Shown here piece by piece: positions 1 to 9,826 of a stretch of 28,457 bases of DNA. Source of the stretch: Acidaminococcaceae bacterium (lineage in GTDB: Bacteria > Bacillota > Negativicutes > Acidaminococcales > Acidaminococcaceae); the NCBI GenBank assembly GCA_045598465.1, contig JAZLMD010000141.1, positions 1 through 28,457 of the forward strand, in the 5' to 3' direction. Numbering within the stretch: the stretch's first letter is position 1; each line of letters starts with the position of its first letter. The position numbers and the translations under genes are program-made. The notes beneath the pieces are model-generated. The model saw only the letters and a list, made by a program, of their open reading frames with translations, searched no databases and was not told the origin of the DNA.

Positions 1-2
1 CT

Positions 3-779
3 GCGGTGTTCAATATGGATGATGCTTCTTCCCCCGTTATTATGGCTAAAACCGGGACGTCTGTCCTAACCTATGGTATGCAGGATGCTAATGATATTTA
101 TCCGAAAGATATAAAGATTTTTGCCAAAGGGATGGATTTACAACTGGTGACTCCCCAGGGAACTATGCAGCTGCACACCAGAATTACCGGTGCGTTTAAT
201 GTGTATAATATAATGAGTACGGTTGGGGCATTGTTGGCAGAGGGAATTGATATCAGGATTATTGAAAAGGAAATAAACGGTTTTGCCGGGGTTCCAGGCA
301 GATTCCAATTGGTGGATTGCGGTCAGGATTTTACTGTTGTTGTGGATTATGCCCATACTCCGGACGGTTTGGAAAATGTTTTGGCTACCGCCCGTAAGAT
401 TACGGAAAATAATTTGTGGGTGGTGTTCGGGTGCGGTGGTGACAGGGACAATACCAAGCGGCCCATTATGGGGCATATAGCAGGTACTCTTGCAGATAAT
501 GTGGTGGTGACCAGTGACAATCCCAGAACCGAGGAGCCGGAAAAGATTTTGGACCAGATTTGCGGGGTGTTGGATAATGACAAGAAAAAATATGTGCGTA
601 TTGCCGATCGTAGGGAGGCCATTGGTTATGCCCTGAAAAATGCCGTAAAGGGTGATGTGGTGATGATTGCCGGCAAGGGGCATGAAAATTATCAAATTTT
701 GAAGACGGGAACAATCCAGTTTGATGATAAAGAAGTTGCAGAGGAGTTTTTGACAAAATGTTTGCACTTAATGAAATAA
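3..779 (+). CDS. murE: UDP-N-acetylmuramoyl-L-alanyl-D-glutamate--2,6-diaminopimelate ligase, 5'-truncated by the window edge
   Basis: Open frame runs off the 5' end. Motifs VVVDYAHTPDGL, VFGCGGDRD, SDNPRTE (DNPR is the meso-DAP specificity motif) and IAGKGHE. Confidence 0.96.
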   Translation, partial: AVFNMDDASSPVIMAKTGTSVLTYGMQDANDIYPKDIKIFAKGMDLQLVTPQGTMQLHTRITGAFNVYNIMSTVGALLAEGIDIRIIEKEINGFAGVPGRFQLVDCGQDFTVVVDYAHTPDGLENVLATARKITENNLWVVFGCGGDRDNTKRPIMGHIAGTLADNVVVTSDNPRTEEPEKILDQICGVLDNDKKKYVRIADRREAIGYALKNAVKGDVVMIAGKGHENYQILKTGTIQFDDKEVAEEFLTKCLHLMK

Positions 780-2152
780 AGCGATTCTTATGTTTGGATT
801 ATCAGTTGGATTTGGGATACCAAGAGGAAGAAGTATTTTTTGGACGGGTAACTACTGATTCTAGAGATGTTCAACCTGGAGATTTGTTTTTTGCGTTGGT
901 GGGGGAAAAATTTGACGGACATAATTTTGTTGTCAAGGCCGTTGAGTCCGGAGCCAAGGGTGTGGTCATCTCCAAGGACATGGATGTGCCGAAGGGAGCG
1001 GTAAAATTATTGGTGGAGGACACTCTCAAGGCCTATCAGGCATTGGCAGCCGCCTATCGCAAAAAAAAGAAAAATCTGAAGGTTATCGGTATCACAGGTT
1101 CAAACGGCAAAACTTCCACCAAGGATATTCTGGCCCACTGTTTGAGTACAAGGTATAAAGTGGTTAAGACACAGGCCAATTTCAATAACGAAATCGGTTT
1201 GCCGAAAACCGTTTTGGAGATTCAGGATGATACGGAAATCGCAATAGTTGAAATGGGGATGCGGGGACTGAATCAAATCAGGGAGTTGTGTTATATTGCC
1301 CGTCCTGAGAGTGCTTTGATTACTAATGTGGGGGTTAGTCACATAGAGATATTGGGTTCCCGTGAAAAAATAGCTAATGCCAAAAGGGAAATTCTGGAAG
1401 GACTGAATTGTGATGGCTATGCAGTATTGAACGGGGACGATGTGTATACAAGGAAGATGGGGGAGGAGTGCATGGCCCAACCCATTTACTTCGGAATGCA
1501 GGATAGTAATGATTACTATGCGACAGATTTGTTGATGAATCCAGATGGTACGGATTTTGTTTGTCATGAAAGAATCAGCGGGCATAAGGTTGGTGTCCAC
1601 CTGCCACTTTTAGGAATACATAATGTGTACAATGTTTTGGCTGCAATTGCCATGGCGGTATGTTACGGGGTGGATATGGTAACAAGCGCTAATGCACTTG
1701 GAAGTGTGCAGTTGACGGAGCGTCGGCTACAAATTATCAAACGGGGTGATGTGACTTTTATTGACGATAGTTATAATGCCAATCCCCATAGCATGAGAGC
1801 GGCATTGGAAACGTTGAAAATGGTGAAGGACGGTTCGGAAAAGAAATATCGTTGTCGCAGTATTGCGGTTTTGGCGGATATGCTGGAACTGGGGGAAATT
1901 ACCCAAAAGGCCCATGAGGAAATAGGCCTGATGTGTAAGGATACAGGCATGGATTACCTTATCACCTATGGGGAAAATGCGAAGAATATTTATTGGGAAG
2001 CTAAAAAAGCAGGAGTGAAAGCCCAGTTATGCGATAATGTCAAACAGGCCTATGAGTGCTTGGCCCATATTGTGCGTTCTGGGGATGTGGTTCTTCTGAA
2101 AGGCAGTCATTCTATGGAAGTAAATAAGGTGTTGGATTATTTTGATGAATAA
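758..2152 (+). CDS. murF: UDP-N-acetylmuramoyl-tripeptide--D-alanyl-D-alanine ligase
   Basis: TDSR, GEKFDGH, ITGSNGKTSTKD, NFNNEIGLP, DDSYNANP, DMLELG and LKGSH motifs. GAGGAG upstream of ATG 758. Overlaps the murE end. Confidence 0.96.
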   Translation: MFALNEIKRFLCLDYQLDLGYQEEEVFFGRVTTDSRDVQPGDLFFALVGEKFDGHNFVVKAVESGAKGVVISKDMDVPKGAVKLLVEDTLKAYQALAAAYRKKKKNLKVIGITGSNGKTSTKDILAHCLSTRYKVVKTQANFNNEIGLPKTVLEIQDDTEIAIVEMGMRGLNQIRELCYIARPESALITNVGVSHIEILGSREKIANAKREILEGLNCDGYAVLNGDDVYTRKMGEECMAQPIYFGMQDSNDYYATDLLMNPDGTDFVCHERISGHKVGVHLPLLGIHNVYNVLAAIAMAVCYGVDMVTSANALGSVQLTERRLQIIKRGDVTFIDDSYNANPHSMRAALETLKMVKDGSEKKYRCRSIAVLADMLELGEITQKAHEEIGLMCKDTGMDYLITYGENAKNIYWEAKKAGVKAQLCDNVKQAYECLAHIVRSGDVVLLKGSHSMEVNKVLDYFDE

Positions 2153-3113
2153 TGTTTTGTGGATGGGAATGGCTGCCTTTGCAGTTTGTGGAGCGTTGGG
2201 ACCTGTCGTTATTCCTTTGCTGCACAAGTTAAGATTTGGACAGAATGTGAGAGGTTGCGGCCCGGAAAGCCATAAACAGAAATCAGGTACTCCCACTATG
2301 GGCGGGGTAATGATTCTGGTGGGGCTCATGGTGGCAGTGGCATTTTTCGGGGAATGTACCCCGCCCCTCAAAGTGGCACTTTTTTTGACCTTGTCCCATG
2401 GTGTGATAGGCGCTCTGGATGACGGGATTAAGATTGTCAAAAAACGTAATCTTGGTTTGAATGTAATGCAGAAATTTGTTTTGCAGATACTGGTAGCGGC
2501 CGGGTTCGTATGGTACGGAGTTATGACAAAGTTCCCGTCTGAATTGTGGGTTCCCGGCTTCAATATGTATTTTGATTTGGGATATTGGTACTATTTGGTA
2601 GTATTCGCTTTGCTTTTGGGGACGACCAATGCGGTGAACTTTACGGACGGGCTGGACGGATTGGTATCCTTGGTATCCCTGCCTGTATTTCTGACTTTCG
2701 GATTTTTTGCCTATACTCTTGGGAAAACGGATTTGATGGGGTTCAGCGCAGCCCTGTTCGGCAGTTTGTTGGGATTTTTTATTTATAACCGGCATCCTGC
2801 TAAAGTATTTATGGGTGATACCGGTTCTTTGGCCCTGGGTGGTGCGGTGGCGGCCCTGGCTCTGCTTTTGAAATGTGAGTTGTTGCTGATTGTTTTGGGC
2901 GGGATATATGTGGCGGAAGCGTTGAGCGTTATTTTGCAGGTGGGTTCTTTTAAGTTGCGGCATGGTAAAAGAATCTTTCGCATGGCTCCAATTCATCATC
3001 ATTTTGAGTTAGGCGGTTGGGGAGAGGTGCTGACGGTAAAAGTGTTCTTCCTTGTGAGTTGCCTGTTGGCGGCTGTTAGTTTCCTTTTGTGGGTAATAAA
3101 ATTTGTAATTTGA
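2145..3113 (+). CDS. mraY: phospho-N-acetylmuramoyl-pentapeptide transferase
   Basis: Polytopic membrane protein with KSGTPTMGG, NAVNFTDGLDGL, VFMGDTGSLALG and MAPIHHHFEL. ATG 2145 preferred over TTG 2142. Confidence 0.96.
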   Translation: MNNVLWMGMAAFAVCGALGPVVIPLLHKLRFGQNVRGCGPESHKQKSGTPTMGGVMILVGLMVAVAFFGECTPPLKVALFLTLSHGVIGALDDGIKIVKKRNLGLNVMQKFVLQILVAAGFVWYGVMTKFPSELWVPGFNMYFDLGYWYYLVVFALLLGTTNAVNFTDGLDGLVSLVSLPVFLTFGFFAYTLGKTDLMGFSAALFGSLLGFFIYNRHPAKVFMGDTGSLALGGAVAALALLLKCELLLIVLGGIYVAEALSVILQVGSFKLRHGKRIFRMAPIHHHFELGGWGEVLTVKVFFLVSCLLAAVSFLLWVIKFVI

Positions 3114-3124
3114 GGCAGGAGGAT

Positions 3125-4402
3125 ATGAAGGTTTTGGTTTATGGTGCAGGTATCAGCGGACAGGGGGTGGCTGAGGTTCTGCAAAAAGATGGGAACGATG
3201 TGCTGATATATACCGATGCAATGAATTCCTTTGCTGAAAGTATTGAAGGGGTTGATTTGCTGGTGCTTTCCCCAGGTGTTTCTCCGGAAAAGGAGGAAAT
3301 CCGCTTGGCTCTGAGTAAGGGGATTAAGGTTGTGCCGGAAGTTGAGGTGGCTTTTACACACTATTCGGGCAGAATGGCGGCTATAACAGGCACAAACGGA
3401 AAAACCACCACCACTACTTTGGTGGGGGAAATGCTGAAGACATTGGGAGTGCCTGTGAAAGTGGCGGGCAACATTGGTCTGAGCTTGAGTAAGGAAACGG
3501 AGGGATTGACGGATAATGCCTGGGTGGCGGCGGAACTGAGCAGTTTTCAGTTGGAAATGGTGCAGAATTTTGCCCCAACCATCAGTTGTATTTTGAATTT
3601 GACTCCGGATCATTTGGAACGGCACCATACATTGGAGAATTACTATCGGGCCAAGAAAAATATCTGTTTGCAGCAAAATGAAAAGCAGTTCGCCGTACTG
3701 AATTATGATGATGCCAACATTCGCAGTTGGGCTTATGATTTACGGTGCAGGGTTTGTTATTTCAGCCGGTGCATGGAACTGCCTGAGGGTGCATTTATTC
3801 GGAACGGCAGTTTTGTTGTGGCGTGGGATGGCAAAGAAGAAATCATATGTTCGGTAAAAGATATGAAAATTTTCGGCCCCCATAACGAGGAAAATGTTTT
3901 GGCGGCCATCGCTGTGGCCTATTTGGCAGGATGCCGGGCATCAGATTTGGCTAAGGTAATCAGGGAGTTTAAGTCGGTGGAACATCGTTTGGAATATGTA
4001 CGCACATTGGATGGGGTCAGATACTATAACGATTCAAAGGCCACCAATGCGGATAGTGCGGTGAAAGCGTTGGAATCATTCCCGGAGGGGCATGTGGTTC
4101 TCATTGCGGGAGGACATGACAAGCTGACGGATTTGCACGACCTTATGGGAATGATAAAAAAGAATGTGGATGTTTTGATTTTGCTGGGGGAGGCCAAGAC
4201 AAGGTTTCTGGCTGCTGCTGAAGCGAAGGGAATCAAAAACATCCATTTGGCCGAATCCTATGATGATGCGGTTTTGCTGGCAAGAAAATTTGCCAAGGAG
4301 CCCCAGGTTGTCCTGTTAAGTCCTGCCTGCAGCAGTTACGATATGTTCAGTAGTTTTGAAGAACGGGGAAAGAAATTTAAGGAATTGGTACAAGCATTAT
4401 GA
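3125..4402 (+). CDS. murD: UDP-N-acetylmuramoyl-L-alanine--D-glutamate ligase
   Basis: GAGISG, SPGV, ITGTNGKTTTT, ELSSFQLE, HLERH, YNDSKATN and LSPACSSYDMF. Start moved to ATG 3125 behind AGGAGG. Confidence 0.96.
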   Translation: MKVLVYGAGISGQGVAEVLQKDGNDVLIYTDAMNSFAESIEGVDLLVLSPGVSPEKEEIRLALSKGIKVVPEVEVAFTHYSGRMAAITGTNGKTTTTTLVGEMLKTLGVPVKVAGNIGLSLSKETEGLTDNAWVAAELSSFQLEMVQNFAPTISCILNLTPDHLERHHTLENYYRAKKNICLQQNEKQFAVLNYDDANIRSWAYDLRCRVCYFSRCMELPEGAFIRNGSFVVAWDGKEEIICSVKDMKIFGPHNEENVLAAIAVAYLAGCRASDLAKVIREFKSVEHRLEYVRTLDGVRYYNDSKATNADSAVKALESFPEGHVVLIAGGHDKLTDLHDLMGMIKKNVDVLILLGEAKTRFLAAAEAKGIKNIHLAESYDDAVLLARKFAKEPQVVLLSPACSSYDMFSSFEERGKKFKELVQAL

Positions 4403-6867
4403 AAATTTTGATTAGTGGTGGCGGTACGGGAGGGCATATTTATCCGGCTCTCTCTATTGCAGATGAATTGAAAAAAATAGTTTCTGAGATTGAGATTGTT
4501 TACGTGGGAACGGCAGCAGGGTTGGAACGTAATATTGTGCCACGTTACGGTTATGAAATGCGTTATATTGAGGTGGCCGGATTTCGCAGAAGTTTGAGTT
4601 TTGACACCATCAGAAGCATCTATTTGCTGTACAAAGGGCTGAAGCAGGCGAAGGAACTTATTGCTGCAGAAAAACCTGATTTGGTGATTGGTACCGGCGG
4701 TTATGTTTGCGGGCCTGTGGTTTATCAGGCGGCCAAGGCGGGTATTCCCACTTGCATTCAGGAGCAGAACGCTTTGCCCGGTGTGACCAACAGGATTTTG
4801 GCAAGGATGGTGAATAAAGTTTTGCTTGGTTATGAAGAGGCGGCAAAACATTTCAAGGCCAAGGGTGAGGTGGTGTATACCGGTAATCCTATCCGCGAGG
4901 AAATTTTGTGTCAGAACAGGGAGCGTAGTTATCAGGAGCTGCGCTTAGATCCACAGTTGAAGACAGTTTTGGTTTTTGGCGGCAGCCGTGGCGCCAAGAG
5001 TATCAATAGTGCTATGGTTGATGTGGAATTACAGTTGAGTAAACGCAATGATGTGCAGGTTTTGCATGCAACGGGGGAGACCAATTATACGGATCATATC
5101 AAGGCCTTGGGAAGCAAAGGTGGTGTCAACGGGAATATTCATATTGTTCCGTACTTACATAATATGCCTTCCGCTTTGGCAGTGGCTGATTTTGTTGTTT
5201 GTCGGGCCGGGGCAATCGGCCTGGCGGAAATTATGGCTAAAGGTTTGCCGGCAATTTTGATTCCTTTTCCTTTTGCAACCGGCAATCATCAGGAATTCAA
5301 TGCCAGGGCGTTGGAAAGCAAGGGGGCGGCCAGGGTTATCTTGGACAAGGATTTGAACGGGAAAATTTTGCTTGAGCAAATTAAGGAGTTGCTGGACAGT
5401 CCGGACGTATTGCAAGATATGCATGTGTCCGCTTTGAGGGAAGCGAAACCCATGGCGGGCCGTGATATTGCGGACACGGTAATGGCCTGCCTTTTTGAAG
5501 GATATAAAAAAGTTCATTTTGTAGGGATAGGGGGGGCGGGGATGAGCGCCATTGCCAGCGTCCTGTTGAAGCGTGGTTACAAAGTTCAAGGCAGTGACCT
5601 GAATTCCGGGGAGGTGGTTTCCCGCTTGATCGGTCAGGGGGCGCAAATAAAGATTGGGCATGCCGCCGAGAATATTGAAGGGGCGGATTGCCTGGTTTTG
5701 AGCACTGCCATCCATACTGATAATTCGGAGGTGTTGGCTGCCAAAGAGAAAGGCATACCTGTTTTTCACCGTAGCAATATTTTGAGTTGGCTTGTGAATG
5801 TTAAAGATGGTGTAACCGTGGCCGGGGCACATGGGAAAACTACTGTTACATCCATGCTGGCATTTATTGCGGATAAAGCCGGTATTGGGGCGACTGCCCT
5901 CATAGGCGGGGATGTGGCCCAATTAGGGGGAAATGCGATTACTGGGGATGGAGGTTATGTTATCGCAGAGGCAGACGAGAGCGATGGTTCTTTCCTAAAG
6001 TTCAAGTCCAAAATTGCTGTGGTAACTAATATTGAAGACGATCACTTGGACCACTACGGTACTGAGGAAAATATTTATTGCGCCTTCAAAGAATTTGTGG
6101 CTAATGTTAAAGAGGGCGGCAGAGCAGTACTTTGTGTTGATAATGTTAATGTCAGACGGTTGGTAAATGACCTTGAGGGCGCTTTGCCTGTAGTGACTTA
6201 CGGATTGCACGACGGAGAATATAGGGCTGTTGATATCGAATTCAAGGGTGTGGGAAGTATTTATACCTTGTTGCATGACGGTACGGTGATCGCCCGTGTG
6301 GAACTTTCTGTTCCCGGAATTCATAATGTTCAGAACAGTGTGGGGGCTTTTGCCGCTGCTGCAAGTATGGGTATTTCGGAGGAAACGATTATTGCCGGTT
6401 TGAAGGAATTTGGCGGGGCAAGAAGAAGGTTTGAAACCAAGGCCAGGGTGGATGATATTTGGTTTGTGGATGATTATGCCCATCATCCCACTGAAATCAA
6501 GGCGGTGTTAAAAGCAGCCAGGGAAACCGGCAGCGAGAGGATTGTGGTATGTTTCCAGCCCCATCGCTACACCAGGACAAAATTGCTGATGGGTGAATTC
6601 TTGCATGCCTTCGATGATTGTGATATGCTCGTTATAACTGATGTTTACGCAGCCAGTGAGGAGTCGGTGGAGGGTGGTACCAGCGATGTGTTGGTCCGGA
6701 ACATTAAGGCGGAAACGGGCAAAAATGTTATCCATACACCAACCTATGAAGATGCCTACAACTATTTGAAAAATCAAATCCGGCCGGGGGATTTGGTAAT
6801 GAGCATTGGTGCCGGCAGGGCAGATTTGGTAATTGAACGTTTGGCGGCAGAAAGGAAAAAATTATGA
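4399..6867 (+). CDS. murG/murC: fused MurG (N-acetylglucosaminyl transferase, about aa 1-363) and MurC (L-alanine ligase, about aa 365-822)
   Basis: N-half has GGGTGGHIYP, HEQN-like IQEQNA, GGSRGA and RAGA. C-half has HFVGIGGAGMS, AGAHGKTT, EADESDGSF, DDYAHHPTEI and FQPHRYTRT. No stop codon lies between them. ATGA overlaps with murD and ddl. Confidence 0.95.
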   Translation: MKILISGGGTGGHIYPALSIADELKKIVSEIEIVYVGTAAGLERNIVPRYGYEMRYIEVAGFRRSLSFDTIRSIYLLYKGLKQAKELIAAEKPDLVIGTGGYVCGPVVYQAAKAGIPTCIQEQNALPGVTNRILARMVNKVLLGYEEAAKHFKAKGEVVYTGNPIREEILCQNRERSYQELRLDPQLKTVLVFGGSRGAKSINSAMVDVELQLSKRNDVQVLHATGETNYTDHIKALGSKGGVNGNIHIVPYLHNMPSALAVADFVVCRAGAIGLAEIMAKGLPAILIPFPFATGNHQEFNARALESKGAARVILDKDLNGKILLEQIKELLDSPDVLQDMHVSALREAKPMAGRDIADTVMACLFEGYKKVHFVGIGGAGMSAIASVLLKRGYKVQGSDLNSGEVVSRLIGQGAQIKIGHAAENIEGADCLVLSTAIHTDNSEVLAAKEKGIPVFHRSNILSWLVNVKDGVTVAGAHGKTTVTSMLAFIADKAGIGATALIGGDVAQLGGNAITGDGGYVIAEADESDGSFLKFKSKIAVVTNIEDDHLDHYGTEENIYCAFKEFVANVKEGGRAVLCVDNVNVRRLVNDLEGALPVVTYGLHDGEYRAVDIEFKGVGSIYTLLHDGTVIARVELSVPGIHNVQNSVGAFAAAASMGISEETIIAGLKEFGGARRRFETKARVDDIWFVDDYAHHPTEIKAVLKAARETGSERIVVCFQPHRYTRTKLLMGEFLHAFDDCDMLVITDVYAASEESVEGGTSDVLVRNIKAETGKNVIHTPTYEDAYNYLKNQIRPGDLVMSIGAGRADLVIERLAAERKKL

Positions 6868-7802
6868 TTGACAAAAAAACCAGAATTGCAGTAGTGATGG
6901 GTGGCCCCTCCAAAGAGGTGGAGATTAGTCGTAAAACCGGAACGGCAATTTATCAGGCATTGTCCGGCCTGGGTTACAACGTTGTTCCTTTGGAGTTGAA
7001 CCCCAAAACTGTTATGCAGGATTTGGTGGAAAACGGAATAGAAGCAGTTTTTAATGCCTTGCACGGTTTGTATGGTGAGGATGGCAGGATTCAGAGTATT
7101 TTGGAATCCATGGGGATCCCTTATACCGGCAGCGGGGTACTGGCCAGCGCTGTGGCTATGGATAAGAGTGCTACCAAGCGTTATTTGGATTATGACGGAA
7201 TTACCACGCCGAAGTTTTTGCTGTTCAATAGGCAGTATGACAGTGTGGAAGATGTTGAAAAGACAATCCTTCAAGAAATAGGCATACCTTTGGTAGTTAA
7301 GGCGGCCAGTCAGGGTAGCAGTATCGGTGTGGAAATTGTGAAAGACGCACAAAATTTGAGGTCGAAAATTTCTGCATGCTTTGAATACGGTAATAATCTT
7401 GTGGTGGAAGAGTATATCGAGGGCAGGGAGCTGACTTGTGCTGTTATGGAGAAAGAGGGAAAACCCTATGCTCTGCCAGTGATTTGGATAGAGCCGCACG
7501 AAGGATTTTATGATTACCGCAACAAGTATACCAAGGGTTGCACCACTTATCATTGTCCCGCACCCATCGGAGCGGAACTGACCACCAAGGCCAAGGATTT
7601 GTCCGTAAGAACCTACAAATGCTTAGGGTTGAGTGGTGTGGCAAGAATTGATATGATTATGGGCAAAGATGATGAGATTTTTGTATTAGAAGCTAACACT
7701 GTGCCTGGAATGACGGAGACCAGTTTGGTACCTAAGATGGCGGCGGCGGCGGGAATTAGTTTTGCGGCTTTGTGTGAGATGATTTTGTTAAGTGCAAGAT
7801 GA
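6864..7802 (+). CDS. ddl: D-alanine--D-alanine ligase
   Basis: VVMGGPSKE, LHGLYGEDG, GSSIGV, VEEYIEGRE, FYDYRNKY (Tyr-type omega loop, as in D-Ala-D-Ala ligases) and LEANTVPG. Confidence 0.95.
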   Translation: MIDKKTRIAVVMGGPSKEVEISRKTGTAIYQALSGLGYNVVPLELNPKTVMQDLVENGIEAVFNALHGLYGEDGRIQSILESMGIPYTGSGVLASAVAMDKSATKRYLDYDGITTPKFLLFNRQYDSVEDVEKTILQEIGIPLVVKAASQGSSIGVEIVKDAQNLRSKISACFEYGNNLVVEEYIEGRELTCAVMEKEGKPYALPVIWIEPHEGFYDYRNKYTKGCTTYHCPAPIGAELTTKAKDLSVRTYKCLGLSGVARIDMIMGKDDEIFVLEANTVPGMTETSLVPKMAAAAGISFAALCEMILLSAR

Positions 7803-7821
7803 TTTGTTTTGGGAGTAGGAT

Positions 7822-8601
7822 TTGGATGAGAGCATTCGCAGACAACTGAAAAGGAGAAAAAGGGAGAGACGGTGGAGGTTTGTCAGAAATATTTTTGTGG
7901 TTGTTCTGATTGTAGGTTCGCTGTGTGAATTGTGGAGATATGTGCATGATCCTAATTTCGCTTTCGGTTCCATCAGGATAGAAGGCAGCAGGCATTTGAC
8001 CCAAGATGAAATTCTCAAGATGTCAGAGCAGGGGCTGCCGGTAAACATTATCAATTTGAACACATCAAAGATAGAATATGCGCTTAATCATGATGCACGT
8101 TTTTTGGAAGGGAAATGCAGGTACAAATGGCCCGGTGTTTTGGAAGTTACGGTGATAGAAAGGGCTCCGGCGATTTACATCAAAGACAGTTACGGTTCGT
8201 ACATCAAAATTGATTATGATGGTGTGGTGATGTCAGTTACCAAAGGCATACCTGATCATTCGGCTCCCATTTTGCTGAACGAACTGTTGGACAATGCTTT
8301 CGTTGGAGATACGGTTAAAAACCAAAGAGTATTGGCAACTTTGAAGTTTTTGGGAGTTGTCACTTATGATGCCTGCAAAGATTTTGCAGAGATGAAGTTT
8401 GATGAATACAACAACTTGCACATACTCTTGAAGACAGGAGTGAGGTTTGTGGTTGATATTTTCGAGAATGTGGAAATTAAAGGCAAGGCCTTCCGAAGCA
8501 TTTATGATGAAATCAAGAATCGTTTCCTTGATGTGGAATATGTGGATTTGCGCTTCAACAAACCATATTTGCGGATGAGGAACGGTCGAATAAAAAAATA
8601 G
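7822..8601 (+). CDS. ftsQ: cell division protein FtsQ/DivIB (basic N-terminus, one TM helix, POTRA domain)
   Basis: Bitopic layout, POTRA-like IRIEGSRHLTQDEI...WPGVLEVTVIER, C-terminal YVDLRF, and position between ddl and ftsZ. TTG start behind GGAG. Confidence 0.85.
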   Translation: MDESIRRQLKRRKRERRWRFVRNIFVVVLIVGSLCELWRYVHDPNFAFGSIRIEGSRHLTQDEILKMSEQGLPVNIINLNTSKIEYALNHDARFLEGKCRYKWPGVLEVTVIERAPAIYIKDSYGSYIKIDYDGVVMSVTKGIPDHSAPILLNELLDNAFVGDTVKNQRVLATLKFLGVVTYDACKDFAEMKFDEYNNLHILLKTGVRFVVDIFENVEIKGKAFRSIYDEIKNRFLDVEYVDLRFNKPYLRMRNGRIKK

Positions 8602-8610
8602 ACAGTTATA

Positions 8611-8639
8611 TTGCCAAAACACATACAATGCTGTATACT
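8611..8639 (+). promoter_or_regulatory. sigma-A type promoter for ftsZ-nrdR
   Basis: TTGCCA (8611-8616), 17 bp spacer, TATACT (8634-8639) in the ftsQ-ftsZ gap. Confidence 0.7.
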
Positions 8640-8699
8640 TATTACGAGTGAACATTGTGTGGTAATTGTTTTCAAAATTCATTTGTAAGGAGAGATAAT

Positions 8700-9821
8700 A
8701 TGGAATCAACTATGTTTGACGAGTTTGTGGGAACAAAGGTGGCAACCGGCACCGCTGATTTGAAAGTAATTGGTGTTGGTGGTGGTGGCGGTAATGCGGT
8801 TAACAGAATGATTGAAGCATCTGTTAAAAATGTTGATTTTATTGCTGCCAATACGGATATGCGGGCTTTGGGCAATAACCTGGCCAGCAAAAAAATTCAG
8901 CTGGGGCAGAAATTGACCAAGGGGCTCGGGTCTGGAGCCAATCCTACAGTAGGCGCCCAGGCGGCAGAGGAAAGCCGTCAGGAGATTCGGGATGCCTTGG
9001 AAGGGGCGGACATGGTATTTGTTGCTGCAGGTATGGGAAAGGGTACCGGTACCGGTGCGGCTCCTATTGTGGCTGAGTGTGCCAAGGAGACGGGGGCTGT
9101 CACTGTTGGCGTTGTTACCAAACCATTTGATTTTGAGGGCAAGCGCCGTATGCAGCAGGCCATGGAAGGTATTGCAGCATTGCAGGAAAAGGTGGATACC
9201 CTGATTGTTATTCCCAATCAAAAGTTGTTGGATGTCTCCGACAAGAAAACTACTATGGCGGAAGCATTTCGTATGGCTGATGAGGCATTGCGTATGGGGG
9301 TGCAGGGTATCAGTGATATTATTAGCGAACCTGGCGGTCCAAATGATGTGGTTGTTGATTTTGCGGATGTGAAGGCAGTTATGAGCGAGGCCGGCGGTGC
9401 TCTTATGGGTATTGGGGAGGCCCGGGGTGAAGGGGCTGCCACAGAAGCGGCTAAGAAAGCTATTCAGTCACAACTCTTAGAAGAGACCATTGATGGGGCA
9501 AAGGGTGTAGTTGTCAATATCATTGGTGGTCCGGATTTGAGTATGTTTGAGCTGACTGAGGCCAACGCCGTCATTCAGGGAGCGGCTGATCCTAATGCCA
9601 ATTTCATTTGGGGTTTGCGTCAGAAGGACGATATGGGCGATATGGTGAGAATTACCGTTATTGCCACCGGATTTAAACGTAATGATGCACCTTTCGGAAA
9701 GGGTCCGGCGTTGGTTCCGCCTGCCCGTCAGCATGAGACAAAACCTGTGCAAAAACCAGCGGGCAGCTCCGGCGTTAGAGGAGGGAACGACTTGCCTCCT
9801 TGGTTGGTAAACAAGAGGTAA
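8700..9821 (+). CDS. ftsZ: cell division protein FtsZ with variant T4 and T7 loops
   Basis: [47 protein letters not shown] and a C-terminal DLPPWL peptide. ATG 8700 behind AAGGAG. Confidence 0.95.
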   Translation: MESTMFDEFVGTKVATGTADLKVIGVGGGGGNAVNRMIEASVKNVDFIAANTDMRALGNNLASKKIQLGQKLTKGLGSGANPTVGAQAAEESRQEIRDALEGADMVFVAAGMGKGTGTGAAPIVAECAKETGAVTVGVVTKPFDFEGKRRMQQAMEGIAALQEKVDTLIVIPNQKLLDVSDKKTTMAEAFRMADEALRMGVQGISDIISEPGGPNDVVVDFADVKAVMSEAGGALMGIGEARGEGAATEAAKKAIQSQLLEETIDGAKGVVVNIIGGPDLSMFELTEANAVIQGAADPNANFIWGLRQKDDMGDMVRITVIATGFKRNDAPFGKGPALVPPARQHETKPVQKPAGSSGVRGGNDLPPWLVNKR

Positions 9822-9826
9822 GCGTC

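Noticed and set aside
5530-5536. G7 run near the MurG-MurC junction as a phase-variation switch
   Set aside because: It encodes the conserved GIGGAG motif, and a frameshift would remove essential MurC.
6864-7802. Possible VanA-like D-Ala-D-Lac ligase
   Set aside because: It has the FYDY Tyr-type omega loop, sits in the dcw cluster, and has no van genes nearby.
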